A stretch of 14,804 nt of DNA from a virus (lineage: Duplodnaviria; Heunggongvirae; Uroviricota; Caudoviricetes). The stretch lies in the IMG/VR virus record IMGVR_UViG_3300025073_000001; one strand, 5' to 3'. The notes under the pieces are model-generated. The model was not told where the DNA came from, did no database searches, and saw nothing but the letters and a program-made list of their open reading frames with translations. Shown here piece after piece: positions 1 to 7,871 of this stretch. Position numbers and translations under genes: made by a program. Numbering within the stretch: the stretch's first letter is position 1; each line of letters begins with the position of its first letter.

Positions 1-346
1 ATGCCATAGAATGCAATCTTTGAGATATTTGCATAACGTCCATTTCAGGGGCAAATTCACATTCTCCAAACTGCCTAGGATTAGAAGTCATGTGTAAGTG
101 GCCGTGGTAGGCGATTTCGCAGAAATCCAAACTATTTAATTCGTTTGCCCAACCTTTATGTTTGGAAACTGGATACTCGTTGTGCCAATTAGATGGACAA
201 AAGAGTGTAAATTTACAACCATATCGCTCATTTAATTCTCGGAACCATTTTTCAGTCTGTTCTCCAAGAATTCTGTAGCCAGATTTTGGATTACAATCGT
301 CGCAACTGATGGTTATATTTAATTTAAGGTTCGTATCTAAACTCAT
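1..346 (-). CDS. Polysaccharide deacetylase (NodB/CE4 or DUF2334-like), N-terminal part; truncated by the left window edge
   Basis: Not in the ORF track. Hand translation from ATG at 346: MSLDTNLKLNITISCDDCNPKSGY...KFTLFCPSNW...EIAYHGHLHMT..., open to base 1. ITISCDD matches CE4 motif 1 (TFDD-like) and YHGHLH matches the metal-binding HxxxH motif 2. Overlaps the upstream ORF by 23 nt. Confidence 0.75.
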   Translation of the reverse strand, partial: MSLDTNLKLNITISCDDCNPKSGYRILGEQTEKWFRELNERYGCKFTLFCPSNWHNEYPVSKHKGWANELNSLDFCEIAYHGHLHMTSNPRQFGECEFAPEMDVMQISQRLHSMA

Positions 347-641
347 CTTTTCCTTTTGAATTTGAATGAATGTAACAATGAAAAACATTTTTAATCCAAG
401 GGCAAACTTTTACATCTGCACAGAACCAAATGTTTTCTTGATCTTGTGAAAAGACAACGTGATCTTCATAATTACTTCGTTCATAATTCCTTGGATATTC
501 TATCAATGATGATGATTTCAGCCAATTTTCAAATTCATCTGCCCATTTTGTAAATTCTGGACTAATGAACATCGTATCATCGTCAGCACATTCATTTGAA
601 AGAAATAATGCAGCGAATAAATGCTCTTTAAATTTACTCAT
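324..641 (-). CDS. Hypothetical protein (105 aa)
   Basis: Fits the operon; ATGA overlap with the upstream ORF; no motif recognised. Confidence 0.7.
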   Translation of the reverse strand: MSKFKEHLFAALFLSNECADDDTMFISPEFTKWADEFENWLKSSSLIEYPRNYERSNYEDHVVFSQDQENIWFCADVKVCPWIKNVFHCYIHSNSKGKDEFRYEP

Positions 642-889
642 TTCACAATATCTTTTAATTGATTTAAAATTGACGTTTGAGTTTCTCCCCAGAACATTTC
701 ACATTTCCAAGATTTCACAATGACATCGACTACTGCATTTCCATCTTGGATTGGTTCCTCGTCTTCCCAATTTCCAGGAATTTCAACAAAATAACTCTGC
801 CAAAGTGGTTCTTTTGGTCCAGTAAATCTGTGACATTTATCCTTGATTGGACATCCTTCTCCTGAACAGGAGGTGTAATCAGTTGACAT
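638..889 (-). CDS. Small Cys-containing phage hypothetical protein (83 aa)
   Basis: CSGEGCPIKDKCHRF...QSYF...WKCEMFW; four spaced Cys suggest metal binding; tightly packed in the operon. Confidence 0.7.
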   Translation of the reverse strand: MSTDYTSCSGEGCPIKDKCHRFTGPKEPLWQSYFVEIPGNWEDEEPIQDGNAVVDVIVKSWKCEMFWGETQTSILNQLKDIVK

Positions 890-1079
890 TTTGCAATTGA
901 TTTATAATTTGATTCATTCTAATGAAATAAAGCGTAAGATAAGAAATAAACAAGAAGATTGAAATTATGAGCCAAATTCTAGTGCGTTTTTCATTTTTAT
1001 CAACCATACCTAATGCAGACGTTACCATTAACAATACTGTACAAATTTGCCCAATAATCCAAAGTATATTCATTTTCAA
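879..1079 (-). CDS. Small membrane protein, two predicted TM helices (66 aa)
   Basis: Two hydrophobic stretches (ILWIIGQICTVLLMVTSALG; IWLIISIFLFISYLTLYFI) separated by a basic loop; ATGA overlap with the upstream ORF. Confidence 0.7.
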   Translation of the reverse strand: MKMNILWIIGQICTVLLMVTSALGMVDKNEKRTRIWLIISIFLFISYLTLYFIRMNQIINQLQNVN

Positions 1080-1312
1080 TTATCGTTTGAATAATCAATC
1101 ATTTTGTTAAAGTCTGGCGTGAAACTATCGTCTTCCTTGGTTGGAATTTCAGCAACCAACTCTCCCAATATTTCACAATATCCAAGTCCGTTGTTATCAC
1201 AATAAAATCTGGCATCTTTAAATGAAATTCCTGGAACGTTCGGTCCACCCCATAGTTTCAATTCTCCGTCTGACGGATCAATGGCTTGTATTGTCGTTGT
1301 GAATAGTTTCAT
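1076..1312 (-). CDS. Hypothetical protein (78 aa)
   Basis: TAATG-coupled to the upstream ORF; protein-like composition; no family recognised. Confidence 0.7.
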   Translation of the reverse strand: MKLFTTTIQAIDPSDGELKLWGGPNVPGISFKDARFYCDNNGLGYCEILGELVAEIPTKEDDSFTPDFNKMIDYSNDN

Positions 1313-1575
1313 TAAAGATATCCCTTATTTTCATCCCGATATTCCTTGCGAGTAATTGGAATTAACTCCTTGTTATGGAGCCAATCCATTTCATCATCTG
1401 CCCAAACAGAATACCATTTTTGTTCAACTTCATCGTATCTAAAATCAATTCCCCACAATCCAGCATCTCTCCAATAATGATATCCTGCTTTAGGTTCGCC
1501 CCAGTTTTGCTGCTTTCGAGTCAATCGCATTGCAGTATTATGAAGGCGAATGTATTTAGGTGGTTTAATTTTCAT
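1312..1575 (-). CDS. Hypothetical protein (87 aa, Trp/Tyr-rich)
   Basis: ATGA overlap with the upstream ORF; no family recognised. Confidence 0.7.
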   Translation of the reverse strand: MKIKPPKYIRLHNTAMRLTRKQQNWGEPKAGYHYWRDAGLWGIDFRYDEVEQKWYSVWADDEMDWLHNKELIPITRKEYRDENKGYL

Positions 1576-1781
1576 TTCTTTTTATTATCTTCATCCCAAT
1601 AGAACCACGGTTTTTTTGCCTTACCATCTATGAACGCTTGAACCTGTCCTGCTCTATAAATGGCTTGAAATCTCTTTGGGTTTGCAAAATTCCCCCACGA
1701 ATGATCTAACAATGGATATCCCCATTCTTGCTCTTGGTATCCTTTATCAAACCATTTTTGATCATCTTTATTGACTTGCAT
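1572..1781 (-). CDS. Hypothetical protein (69 aa)
   Basis: Overlaps both neighbours in the co-directional array; no family recognised. Confidence 0.65.
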   Translation of the reverse strand: MQVNKDDQKWFDKGYQEQEWGYPLLDHSWGNFANPKRFQAIYRAGQVQAFIDGKAKKPWFYWDEDNKKK

Positions 1782-2124
1782 GATTAACTTTTACTTCTTC
1801 AAATCCCTCTTTGAAGTGTTCATTTAATTGATTTTTAATTTTAATTCTTCCCGCGTTTAAATCCCTGATTGCTAAGGCTCTCCTTCCAACTTCTTCAAGT
1901 CCGAGTTCACCTTCCTTGCCTTGCCGAATATCTGATTCCAATGTCCAAATATCACCATTGGCTTTGAGCAATCCATCAAAGGATTCCTTAATAATATTTG
2001 CATCATAATTCTCTGAATATTCCCTATATTCCTCGCATTCTAAATAAGTGTCAACTTTTCCGCGATAGCATTTTAGATGAGCAATCGTCCAGCGATCGAC
2101 TACGTCTCCAATTGATAATTTCAA
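1768..2124 (-). CDS. DUF6165/DUF4254-like helical protein (118 aa)
   Basis: Pattern SIGDVVDRWTIAHLK...LLKANGDIWTLESDIR...RRALAIRDLNAGRIKIKNQLN resembles the recalled DUF6165 consensus (GELxDKxTILxIK...NxxLWxxExxIR...NxxRxxxKxxIN). TTG start 3 nt after the upstream stop. Confidence 0.5.
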   Translation of the reverse strand: MKLSIGDVVDRWTIAHLKCYRGKVDTYLECEEYREYSENYDANIIKESFDGLLKANGDIWTLESDIRQGKEGELGLEEVGRRALAIRDLNAGRIKIKNQLNEHFKEGFEEVKVNHASQ

Positions 2125-2127
2125 TGT

Positions 2128-2310
2128 TTAATTCTCCATTTCTTTTTTAAATTCAAGTTCTAATTCATCTTCAAAAGGCGAAGGCTCCCAACTGTCTCCC
2201 ATCAATGTTTCCCAATTGCAAGAATCCATTGATCTTCGATGAAAGTTCCACTCAAGTCCTTCAGTTTGAATTGAATATTCAGTGATAATATTTATTTCAG
2301 TTATTTTCAT
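2128..2310 (-). CDS. Hypothetical acidic protein (60 aa)
   Basis: ATG preceded by an A-rich leader; stop 3 nt before the next start. Confidence 0.6.
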   Translation of the reverse strand: MKITEINIITEYSIQTEGLEWNFHRRSMDSCNWETLMGDSWEPSPFEDELELEFKKEMEN

Positions 2311-2339
2311 TTTATTTCTTACAAGTTAAGTGAATATTT

Positions 2340-3404
2340 TTATTTTTCCAAATCTTTTGACAACTTTATTTTTTCCATCACCTCATCCATCTTGATAAAT
2401 GATTTTTGAGTGAATAGATTGCTGAAATTCGCCTTACTTGAATCTTCTAGAATTTTCCACCATTCACCTTTATCAGTAACGGTACATTTTCCTAATGGAT
2501 TATTTTCATTCAAGACTCCTGTTCGCTTCTTTGGATGTCTTCTGTTATGAACGTGGAGGAGATTTTGAAAGCAGTATTGAACGAATTGATCGCCTAATAA
2601 CTTCTTAGCGATTGAACCAATCGAAATATCCTCGCTGCAATGCACCAACGCTTTCGGAATATTTACTCCACTTTTAAGCAAATCTGAACTGAATCCGACA
2701 CATGATCCGTCAAATCTTGGTTCCGAAAACGAAGCAACTTGAATTGTATTGTTAGGAATTGTATTAATTTCTTCCATTCTTTCCCAACTCATGTAACCTT
2801 TACCGGAATCTTCAGAAGTCAACTGCCAATCATTGTCCTGAAACGGAACATTTTCATATCTTGGATGAAGTGGAGCAAATGAATTGTCCCACAATCTCCT
2901 ATCAGCAAAATTAACAATATACTTTGGTGTTTCATTCTTTACAGATTCATGAAGTTGGTCTAAAACTTGCAATGTCTGGCTTGGCCAAAGTGAATCCGTT
3001 TCGCCCCATAAAATTAAATCTTCTTTGTCTTGCCATTCCCAATTGAAATCTCGCCGAGATGCTGCAATGTTGTAGAAATCATCTTGATTTGTTTTGAATT
3101 GAAATCTAAGATTTGCAGGATAGATTCCTTTTATTCCAACCTTATGCTCGAAGATATTTTGAATAGTTTTCATTTGTCCAGTTGGAAACCATGAACCAAA
3201 ATCAAGTCCATATTTATCTTCAAAATATTCCCAATCAATCTTCTCTAAATATTCCTGAGTTGAAAAACAAAAGACAAATGTAACGTTTTCTTTGTTTTCT
3301 ATTCCTTCCAACATTTTAACGCACGATTTGACGTGCTCGTCCAACATTTCTAACTCATAGAACTGAATCAGCGTTCCTATTGCAAACGTGTTCTTTAATC
3401 TCAT
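2340..3404 (-). CDS. Putative GT-A fold (GT2-like) glycosyltransferase (354 aa)
   Basis: N-terminal beta-alpha-beta; YNIAASRRDFN...DLILWGETDSLW matches the GT2 'aRN.g...yilflDxD' region with ETD as the DxD variant; FDGSCVGFSSDLL...HCSED matches the GT2 'G..m.rr...ED' region; late HVHN. Divergent. Confidence 0.6.
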   Translation of the reverse strand: MRLKNTFAIGTLIQFYELEMLDEHVKSCVKMLEGIENKENVTFVFCFSTQEYLEKIDWEYFEDKYGLDFGSWFPTGQMKTIQNIFEHKVGIKGIYPANLRFQFKTNQDDFYNIAASRRDFNWEWQDKEDLILWGETDSLWPSQTLQVLDQLHESVKNETPKYIVNFADRRLWDNSFAPLHPRYENVPFQDNDWQLTSEDSGKGYMSWERMEEINTIPNNTIQVASFSEPRFDGSCVGFSSDLLKSGVNIPKALVHCSEDISIGSIAKKLLGDQFVQYCFQNLLHVHNRRHPKKRTGVLNENNPLGKCTVTDKGEWWKILEDSSKANFSNLFTQKSFIKMDEVMEKIKLSKDLEK

Positions 3405-3709
3405 TTGTACTTGTATTTTAAAACTTTATACTTCTGAATCATTTTATCGTTTCTAACCTTGATCAGGTAAATATCTTCATTCCAGGAATCAAAGCAATAT
3501 TCAAATCCCCTAGACCTCCAAGTCCAAGCAAATAAATCAACGCAACATTTATTGTCGTGTATTAACTTTATTCTCTGAACGCCACAGTGATCAAAATGAA
3601 TGTAATTTTCACTTAATACGATGGTTCCAACGTTGGATTTGACTTCAATTGGTTGAAATTCCTGTGAAATTACAAGATATGGAAGTAGAAGTAAGAGTAA
3701 GAGTTTCAT
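3401..3709 (-). CDS. Putative secreted/periplasmic protein with signal peptide (102 aa)
   Basis: MKLLLLLLLPYLVIS-QEF: basic N-terminus, Leu-rich core, probable cleavage before Gln. Coupled to both neighbours. Confidence 0.65.
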   Translation of the reverse strand: MKLLLLLLLPYLVISQEFQPIEVKSNVGTIVLSENYIHFDHCGVQRIKLIHDNKCCVDLFAWTWRSRGFEYCFDSWNEDIYLIKVRNDKMIQKYKVLKYKYK

Positions 3710-3903
3710 TAATATAACTTATATTCTTTATATTTTTCGTAGAACGCAATTCTGCCAATTTCTTTAAGTTCAGTGACAAATTCCCAAACTTCATCAGTCA
3801 AATCCTCGTGACCGTTCATGTAATCACAATAATGTAACTGTTCATAATCCAGATTTTTGTAATCTGCCCATGTTGCTATCCAAAGCATTTTTGATTTTTT
3901 CAT
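3709..3903 (-). CDS. Hypothetical protein (64 aa)
   Basis: TAATG overlaps on both sides. Confidence 0.65.
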   Translation of the reverse strand: MKKSKMLWIATWADYKNLDYEQLHYCDYMNGHEDLTDEVWEFVTELKEIGRIAFYEKYKEYKLY

Positions 3904-4778
3904 TATATCAATTCTTTTAGTGATTTAATTCTCTTATATCCGACCTCATAACGTTGATTGTGAGGAGCATCGAATAAATAACAGCAAATTCCTGCTTTGT
4001 TCAGTTCAACAAAATTGTCAAATCTGTCATCTACAAAAATATCACAGTCCAATTCTTTCAATACTTCAACCTTTGACTGCCCTAATCCAACCGTATAAAC
4101 TGGACGATGAGGAAATCCGTTTGCATCTAACCACTGCTCCGTTATTTCAGTTGAAACTGGTCTCGATGTGACGTATCCTGCTGGTTCAAATGGAATTTCA
4201 CAAGGAGGAGTTAAAACTTCTAAATTCAAATAAAAATCATCTAACTTTTCATCTTCTTGCATTGCATTGAACCTTGAAGTGATATGTCTGTCAAAGTACC
4301 ATGCAGTTTGTTCTTGAATATTCCACATCTTGCACCAAGCAGGAGCCCATTTACAAAGGACTTCGTCAATGTCAAGATAGATTTTCTTAGGATTCAAATA
4401 ATTGTGATCCCTATTATCCATTTCTGGATGAATCTTGTAGAATTCGATCAACGAAGCAATTCCCCATGCAGCGTTTGCAAGATGTAAAGTTGGACCGAAT
4501 TGTTTCAGAATTTCTTCCGGCCAATCCATGTCATAATCTTCTCCGTCTCTGAACTTTTCAAGATGCCTAATTACTGAACCGACTGATTCTTTCCAAGGCT
4601 GACCGTTTCTCCAATTATCTTCGCCAGTTTCAAGAACATTGCCTTCCGTATCGCGAATGGTGTATTTTTCCGCTCCTGCTGAATAAACCTTAGCGAGTTC
4701 TTTTAGAAAGTTTGGAGGGATTAAATGATATTTGAGTTTTCCTGTATTATATCTTCTTGCCTTTTTCATTTTTAACAA
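3903..4778 (-). CDS. Fusion: dATP/dGTP diphosphohydrolase domain (DUF5664/PF18909-like) + HAD 5'(3')-deoxyribonucleotidase (NT5C-like); likely start is ATG at 4769
   Basis: N-terminal half: RYNTGKLKYHLIP...VYSAGAEKY...DNWRNG...SVIRHLEKFRDGEDYD...HLANAAWG (DUF5664 signature). C-terminal half: IYLDIDEVL (HAD motif I DxD), YVTSR (motif II), FVDDRFDN (motif IV). Confidence 0.85.
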   Translation of the reverse strand: MLKMKKARRYNTGKLKYHLIPPNFLKELAKVYSAGAEKYTIRDTEGNVLETGEDNWRNGQPWKESVGSVIRHLEKFRDGEDYDMDWPEEILKQFGPTLHLANAAWGIASLIEFYKIHPEMDNRDHNYLNPKKIYLDIDEVLCKWAPAWCKMWNIQEQTAWYFDRHITSRFNAMQEDEKLDDFYLNLEVLTPPCEIPFEPAGYVTSRPVSTEITEQWLDANGFPHRPVYTVGLGQSKVEVLKELDCDIFVDDRFDNFVELNKAGICCYLFDAPHNQRYEVGYKRIKSLKELI

Positions 4779-5251
4779 ATTCGCATTAATTTTTTAGCAG
4801 ATTGAATTTCTCCTTCAGTTGGCTCTTCAAAGGGACAATTCATTTCATTTAAAATATCCCAGAATTTAACTGGAAGGTGAATATTTCTCTGATGAATGCA
4901 ATCAATGAATAGTGGAGCGATTTCTTCAATCGAATAACCTGCGTTTTCAGTTCCTATTTTTGGAACTATGAAGGTTAATTCTGGATGTTCCATTGCAAAT
5001 AAAACCAAGTCTAAAATTTCAATTTGAATTTCATTTAGAGTTGATGACCTTTTCTGCCACCAATTCTTCTTCGTGATGATTGCGTAACTTTGACCTTGAA
5101 GTCCCTTACTTTGTCCTAGAATTGCTCCACATTTCTGTAAGGCAAATAACGCTAAACCTTTTTTATGACGACCTTCCGAGTTTCCTCCGAAAACCAAGAT
5201 TTGTCCGGGTTTGATTTCAGTAACAATGTTTGGAGTAATTCGATTGATCAT
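4772..5251 (-). CDS. A1S_2505-family phage protein, macrodomain-like (159 aa)
   Basis: ITP...ILVFGGNSEGRH..GLA...GAILGQSKGLQGQSYAIIT matches the recalled family motif (VFGSNxxGxHGxGAA...GxQGQSYAIPT). VPKIGTENAGY resembles the macrodomain PxIGxGxxG loop. Confidence 0.7.
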   Translation of the reverse strand: MINRITPNIVTEIKPGQILVFGGNSEGRHKKGLALFALQKCGAILGQSKGLQGQSYAIITKKNWWQKRSSTLNEIQIEILDLVLFAMEHPELTFIVPKIGTENAGYSIEEIAPLFIDCIHQRNIHLPVKFWDILNEMNCPFEEPTEGEIQSAKKLMRIC

Positions 5252-5514
5252 GAATCAAATTCGTTTTTAAATTCGAGAAATTCGGTTTCTGAAATTTCAT
5301 TGATTATTTTATCAATATTTTTATCAAACTTTGAAACCTTAAACTCCCATTGAATGGTTTCTGGAGTTGAAACGTCATGTGGAATTGAAGTTGTTTTAGT
5401 AATTTCTGTCAATTGAAAATCTTCAGACAACTTAAAAACAGATTCAATGAAAATATCATTGTCATCATCTCCATCAACATAACCTGAACTAAAATAAATT
5501 GGAAATTGTTTCAT
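5248..5514 (-). CDS. Hypothetical acidic protein (88 aa; start revised from TTG 5592 to ATG 5514)
   Basis: ATG at 5514 forms an ATGA overlap with the stop of the newly found 5511..5669 ORF, which occupies the longer N-terminal extension in another frame. Confidence 0.65.
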   Translation of the reverse strand: MKQFPIYFSSGYVDGDDDNDIFIESVFKLSEDFQLTEITKTTSIPHDVSTPETIQWEFKVSKFDKNIDKIINEISETEFLEFKNEFDS

Positions 5515-5669
5515 CCTGCAAGAATTTGTCCCCAAATTAACCCGTGAACAATTGAAGTTCCAAAGAAATGAAACCAATTTAATCCCTTCCAACTTGGAAA
5601 GACAGAATCACCATCAATTAGAACTAGAATTACTCCGAAGAATGGAATGAATACGTTTAAACCTTCCAT
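5511..5669 (-). CDS. Small hydrophobic/membrane protein (52 aa), absent from the ORF track
   Basis: Hand translation: MEGLNVFIPFFGVILVLIDGDSVFPSWKGLNWFHFFGTSIVHGLIWGQILAG*. Starts 5 nt after the methyltransferase stop and ends in an ATGA overlap, exactly filling the apparent gap. Confidence 0.7.
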   Translation of the reverse strand: MEGLNVFIPFFGVILVLIDGDSVFPSWKGLNWFHFFGTSIVHGLIWGQILAG

Positions 5670-5674
5670 AATGT

Positions 5675-6307
5675 TTAAGATTTTAATTTACAAATTATTC
5701 CCTCGAAGTCCTTAAGAATACGAGCAGGATGGCCTCCGAAGTTATGGTTTGGTTCATGACCGAAATAAGCCACTTTTTCAATCGTTCCAACCCGAATCAG
5801 TTGATTAACAACTTGATAAACTTGGCGATTGTCTTGTCCATAGTCATCAAAGATGAAATAGACCGGATATCGTTCGTCATGTTGTAATTTTAAACAACGA
5901 GTGAAATCCGACATAATTGCATCAAATTCATGAACAGCATCGATGAAGAATACATTACAAGGTTCATGCTTAAAATTTTCTTCCAGCGGCGTATCATAAA
6001 GGTTCATCGGAATGAACTTAATGTTCTGTCTATCTGCATTCAATCTTTCTGCCTGATCAAAGTGATTTGGAAGATTAATTGTATAGACGTTTTTGAACAA
6101 GTGACTCAGGATCCGGGTCGTTTGTCCTTTATGGGTGCCAAATTCAACACAATTGAAATACCTCGATTCAGGGATTGCAGTGAAGAAATTCCACAAATCT
6201 GTCTTGAACTTGAATGAAGTTGTGGAGAGGTTTTGAAACTTGTCCTCCCCACATTCTTCGAGCAATTCTTCTATTGTTTTTAAATAAACTGTTTCTTTCA
6301 AAATCAA
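5675..6307 (-). CDS. Class I SAM-dependent methyltransferase (Methyltransf_24-like, 210 aa)
   Basis: CVEFGTHKGQTT (motif I ExG), FFIDAVHEF (DxxHxY-like) and FIFDDYG, the typical motif set of this group of putative glycan/small-molecule O-methyltransferases. Confidence 0.8.
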   Translation of the reverse strand: MILKETVYLKTIEELLEECGEDKFQNLSTTSFKFKTDLWNFFTAIPESRYFNCVEFGTHKGQTTRILSHLFKNVYTINLPNHFDQAERLNADRQNIKFIPMNLYDTPLEENFKHEPCNVFFIDAVHEFDAIMSDFTRCLKLQHDERYPVYFIFDDYGQDNRQVYQVVNQLIRVGTIEKVAYFGHEPNHNFGGHPARILKDFEGIICKLKS

Positions 6308-6552
6308 TAAATTCTTTTATTTGGTGAAATTGAACATGACATCATACAATTACCATATTCTTGATTAAAGAAACCAATTGGGTTTGAAGTTTTAATTCCA
6401 CTCTTTTCACTTGTGATATTTTCAAATACCAAATCCAAATGATTTTTAATCATTTCAAGTTGTGGTCCAAGTTGAATCTTGTTTGGATGATCAAAGGTTT
6501 CATTTAATTCAAACCATCCGTGAAGCCAATAACAGAAATCTCTACTGTTCAT
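6304..6552 (-). CDS. Conserved-type phage hypothetical protein (82 aa)
   Basis: N-terminal MNSRDFCYWLHGWFEL resembles a recurrent 'xDFCYWLQGFFE' phage motif, with IKNHLDLVF downstream; 4-nt overlaps on both sides. Confidence 0.7.
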   Translation of the reverse strand: MNSRDFCYWLHGWFELNETFDHPNKIQLGPQLEMIKNHLDLVFENITSEKSGIKTSNPIGFFNQEYGNCMMSCSISPNKRIY

Positions 6553-7529
6553 AATCCAAGTTTTTCTTTGACTAAATTATAATTGAAACTGAAATTCTTC
6601 TTTGAATCAACTGGCAAACCTAATGCTAATCCTAATCTCAAAATGGTCGGCTTTCTGACTGCATAAAGTTCTTTCGATGTTTTGAACAAAATTCCTGAAA
6701 CAACTGACCAATCAATTTCTGATGGTTTTGGTGGATTAGGTTCAGTTCCTTCCATCTTAATCTCTTCAATGCACCAAAAATCATCTGCTTCATTTGGATT
6801 AAGTAGGAATGAATAAGGCATCCAAAAATATCCACCATCAACTCCCCAATCTTCACCCCAGGAATTTTGACATTTGAAGCATTTTTTGCTGTCCGAATAA
6901 CCTGTTAAAATTACGCAATGTCCTCCTTGAATTCCCTCATTCTCCTTTGGTAATGGCATAATTCCAGTTGAATTCGCCCAAGATCCAAAGAATGAATCAT
7001 ATACCGTAAACCCAAATACAATTACTGCGCCAGAAACTAAGGTTGCTTTTAAATCATATTCATTTTGATTTACAGTTGCATATTTGACTGTGACATTTTT
7101 CAATCCGTTTTCATATGCATCGGGACTTGGTTTTTTGATAACAGAAGCGAGATCATCGTGATATGGATGGAATTTTTCTAAACATAAGCCAGTTTTATTC
7201 ATTGCCTTGAAACCTGATCTAATGTAAGTTCCAGCGTCTTCTTGAGTTGACCCATCAATATCTCTAGCGTTCCAATAAACAAACAAACGACTCGGTTCAA
7301 AATCGAAATTTCCAGTCAATTCCTTGGCTTCATATCTAAATCCTGAACTGCAACCATTTCCAACACATGATCCTGCGTTGAACTGATTATATGTTGGAAT
7401 TTTGTAATTTAATTCAAATTCACTCGGTAACTCAATTGGAGCAGTTAAATGTCTCGTTGACTTAAAATCCCTTGAATCTGGCGGACTTGGTTTCCAGTTT
7501 AATTTTCTACCATGATTAATTTCTGACAC
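6549..7529 (-). CDS. Papain-like cysteine peptidase (C1A, bacterial xylellain-like) with C-terminal extension (326 aa)
   Basis: NQFNAGSCVG (oxyanion Gln, catalytic Cys), GGHCVILTGY (His), QNSWGEDWGVDGGYFWMPY (Asn); N-terminal WKPSPPDSRD as in bacterial C1A enzymes. GTG start with GAGGA 7 nt upstream. Confidence 0.92.
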   Translation of the reverse strand: MSEINHGRKLNWKPSPPDSRDFKSTRHLTAPIELPSEFELNYKIPTYNQFNAGSCVGNGCSSGFRYEAKELTGNFDFEPSRLFVYWNARDIDGSTQEDAGTYIRSGFKAMNKTGLCLEKFHPYHDDLASVIKKPSPDAYENGLKNVTVKYATVNQNEYDLKATLVSGAVIVFGFTVYDSFFGSWANSTGIMPLPKENEGIQGGHCVILTGYSDSKKCFKCQNSWGEDWGVDGGYFWMPYSFLLNPNEADDFWCIEEIKMEGTEPNPPKPSEIDWSVVSGILFKTSKELYAVRKPTILRLGLALGLPVDSKKNFSFNYNLVKEKLGL

Positions 7530-7541
7530 TATTTATTCCTC

Positions 7542-7859
7542 TTATGTTAGTTGTAAAATTTTCTTAATATTTTTATTGCATTCTTCAATCATTGCATAAG
7601 CATATTCAATGTCAACTTCGTTTCCAGAAAAATCACGATATGAATTTCTTCCATCAACATATTCATTTCTATGATGAAGCCAAGTTAATAATTGACCTAG
7701 ATCTATTAATTCAAATTTTCTCGTATTTCTCGCACTCATCCTTTCATTGTCGACTGCGGATTCTTCTGGATGACCACATTTGATGCACAATCTTGGATAA
7801 GGTTGATTCATTGCTTTTGAATAGACACACCCTGATATATCAGCACATTTATTTTTCAT
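7542..7859 (-). CDS. Hypothetical protein with Cys-rich N-terminus (105 aa)
   Basis: C...C...CIKCGH suggests a Zn-binding module; 12-nt gaps to both neighbours. Confidence 0.6.
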   Translation of the reverse strand: MKNKCADISGCVYSKAMNQPYPRLCIKCGHPEESAVDNERMSARNTRKFELIDLGQLLTWLHHRNEYVDGRNSYRDFSGNEVDIEYAYAMIEECNKNIKKILQLT

Positions 7860-7871
7860 CTTTTATAAATA

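Noticed and set aside
3680-3706. Short AGTAAG/AGTAG-like tandem repeat
   Set aside because: It simply encodes the poly-Leu core of a signal peptide; too short and imperfect to be a repeat element.
5515-5592. N-terminal extension of the 5248..5592 ORF from a TTG start
   Set aside because: The region is better explained by the 5511-5669 membrane ORF in another frame, with ATGA coupling to ATG 5514.
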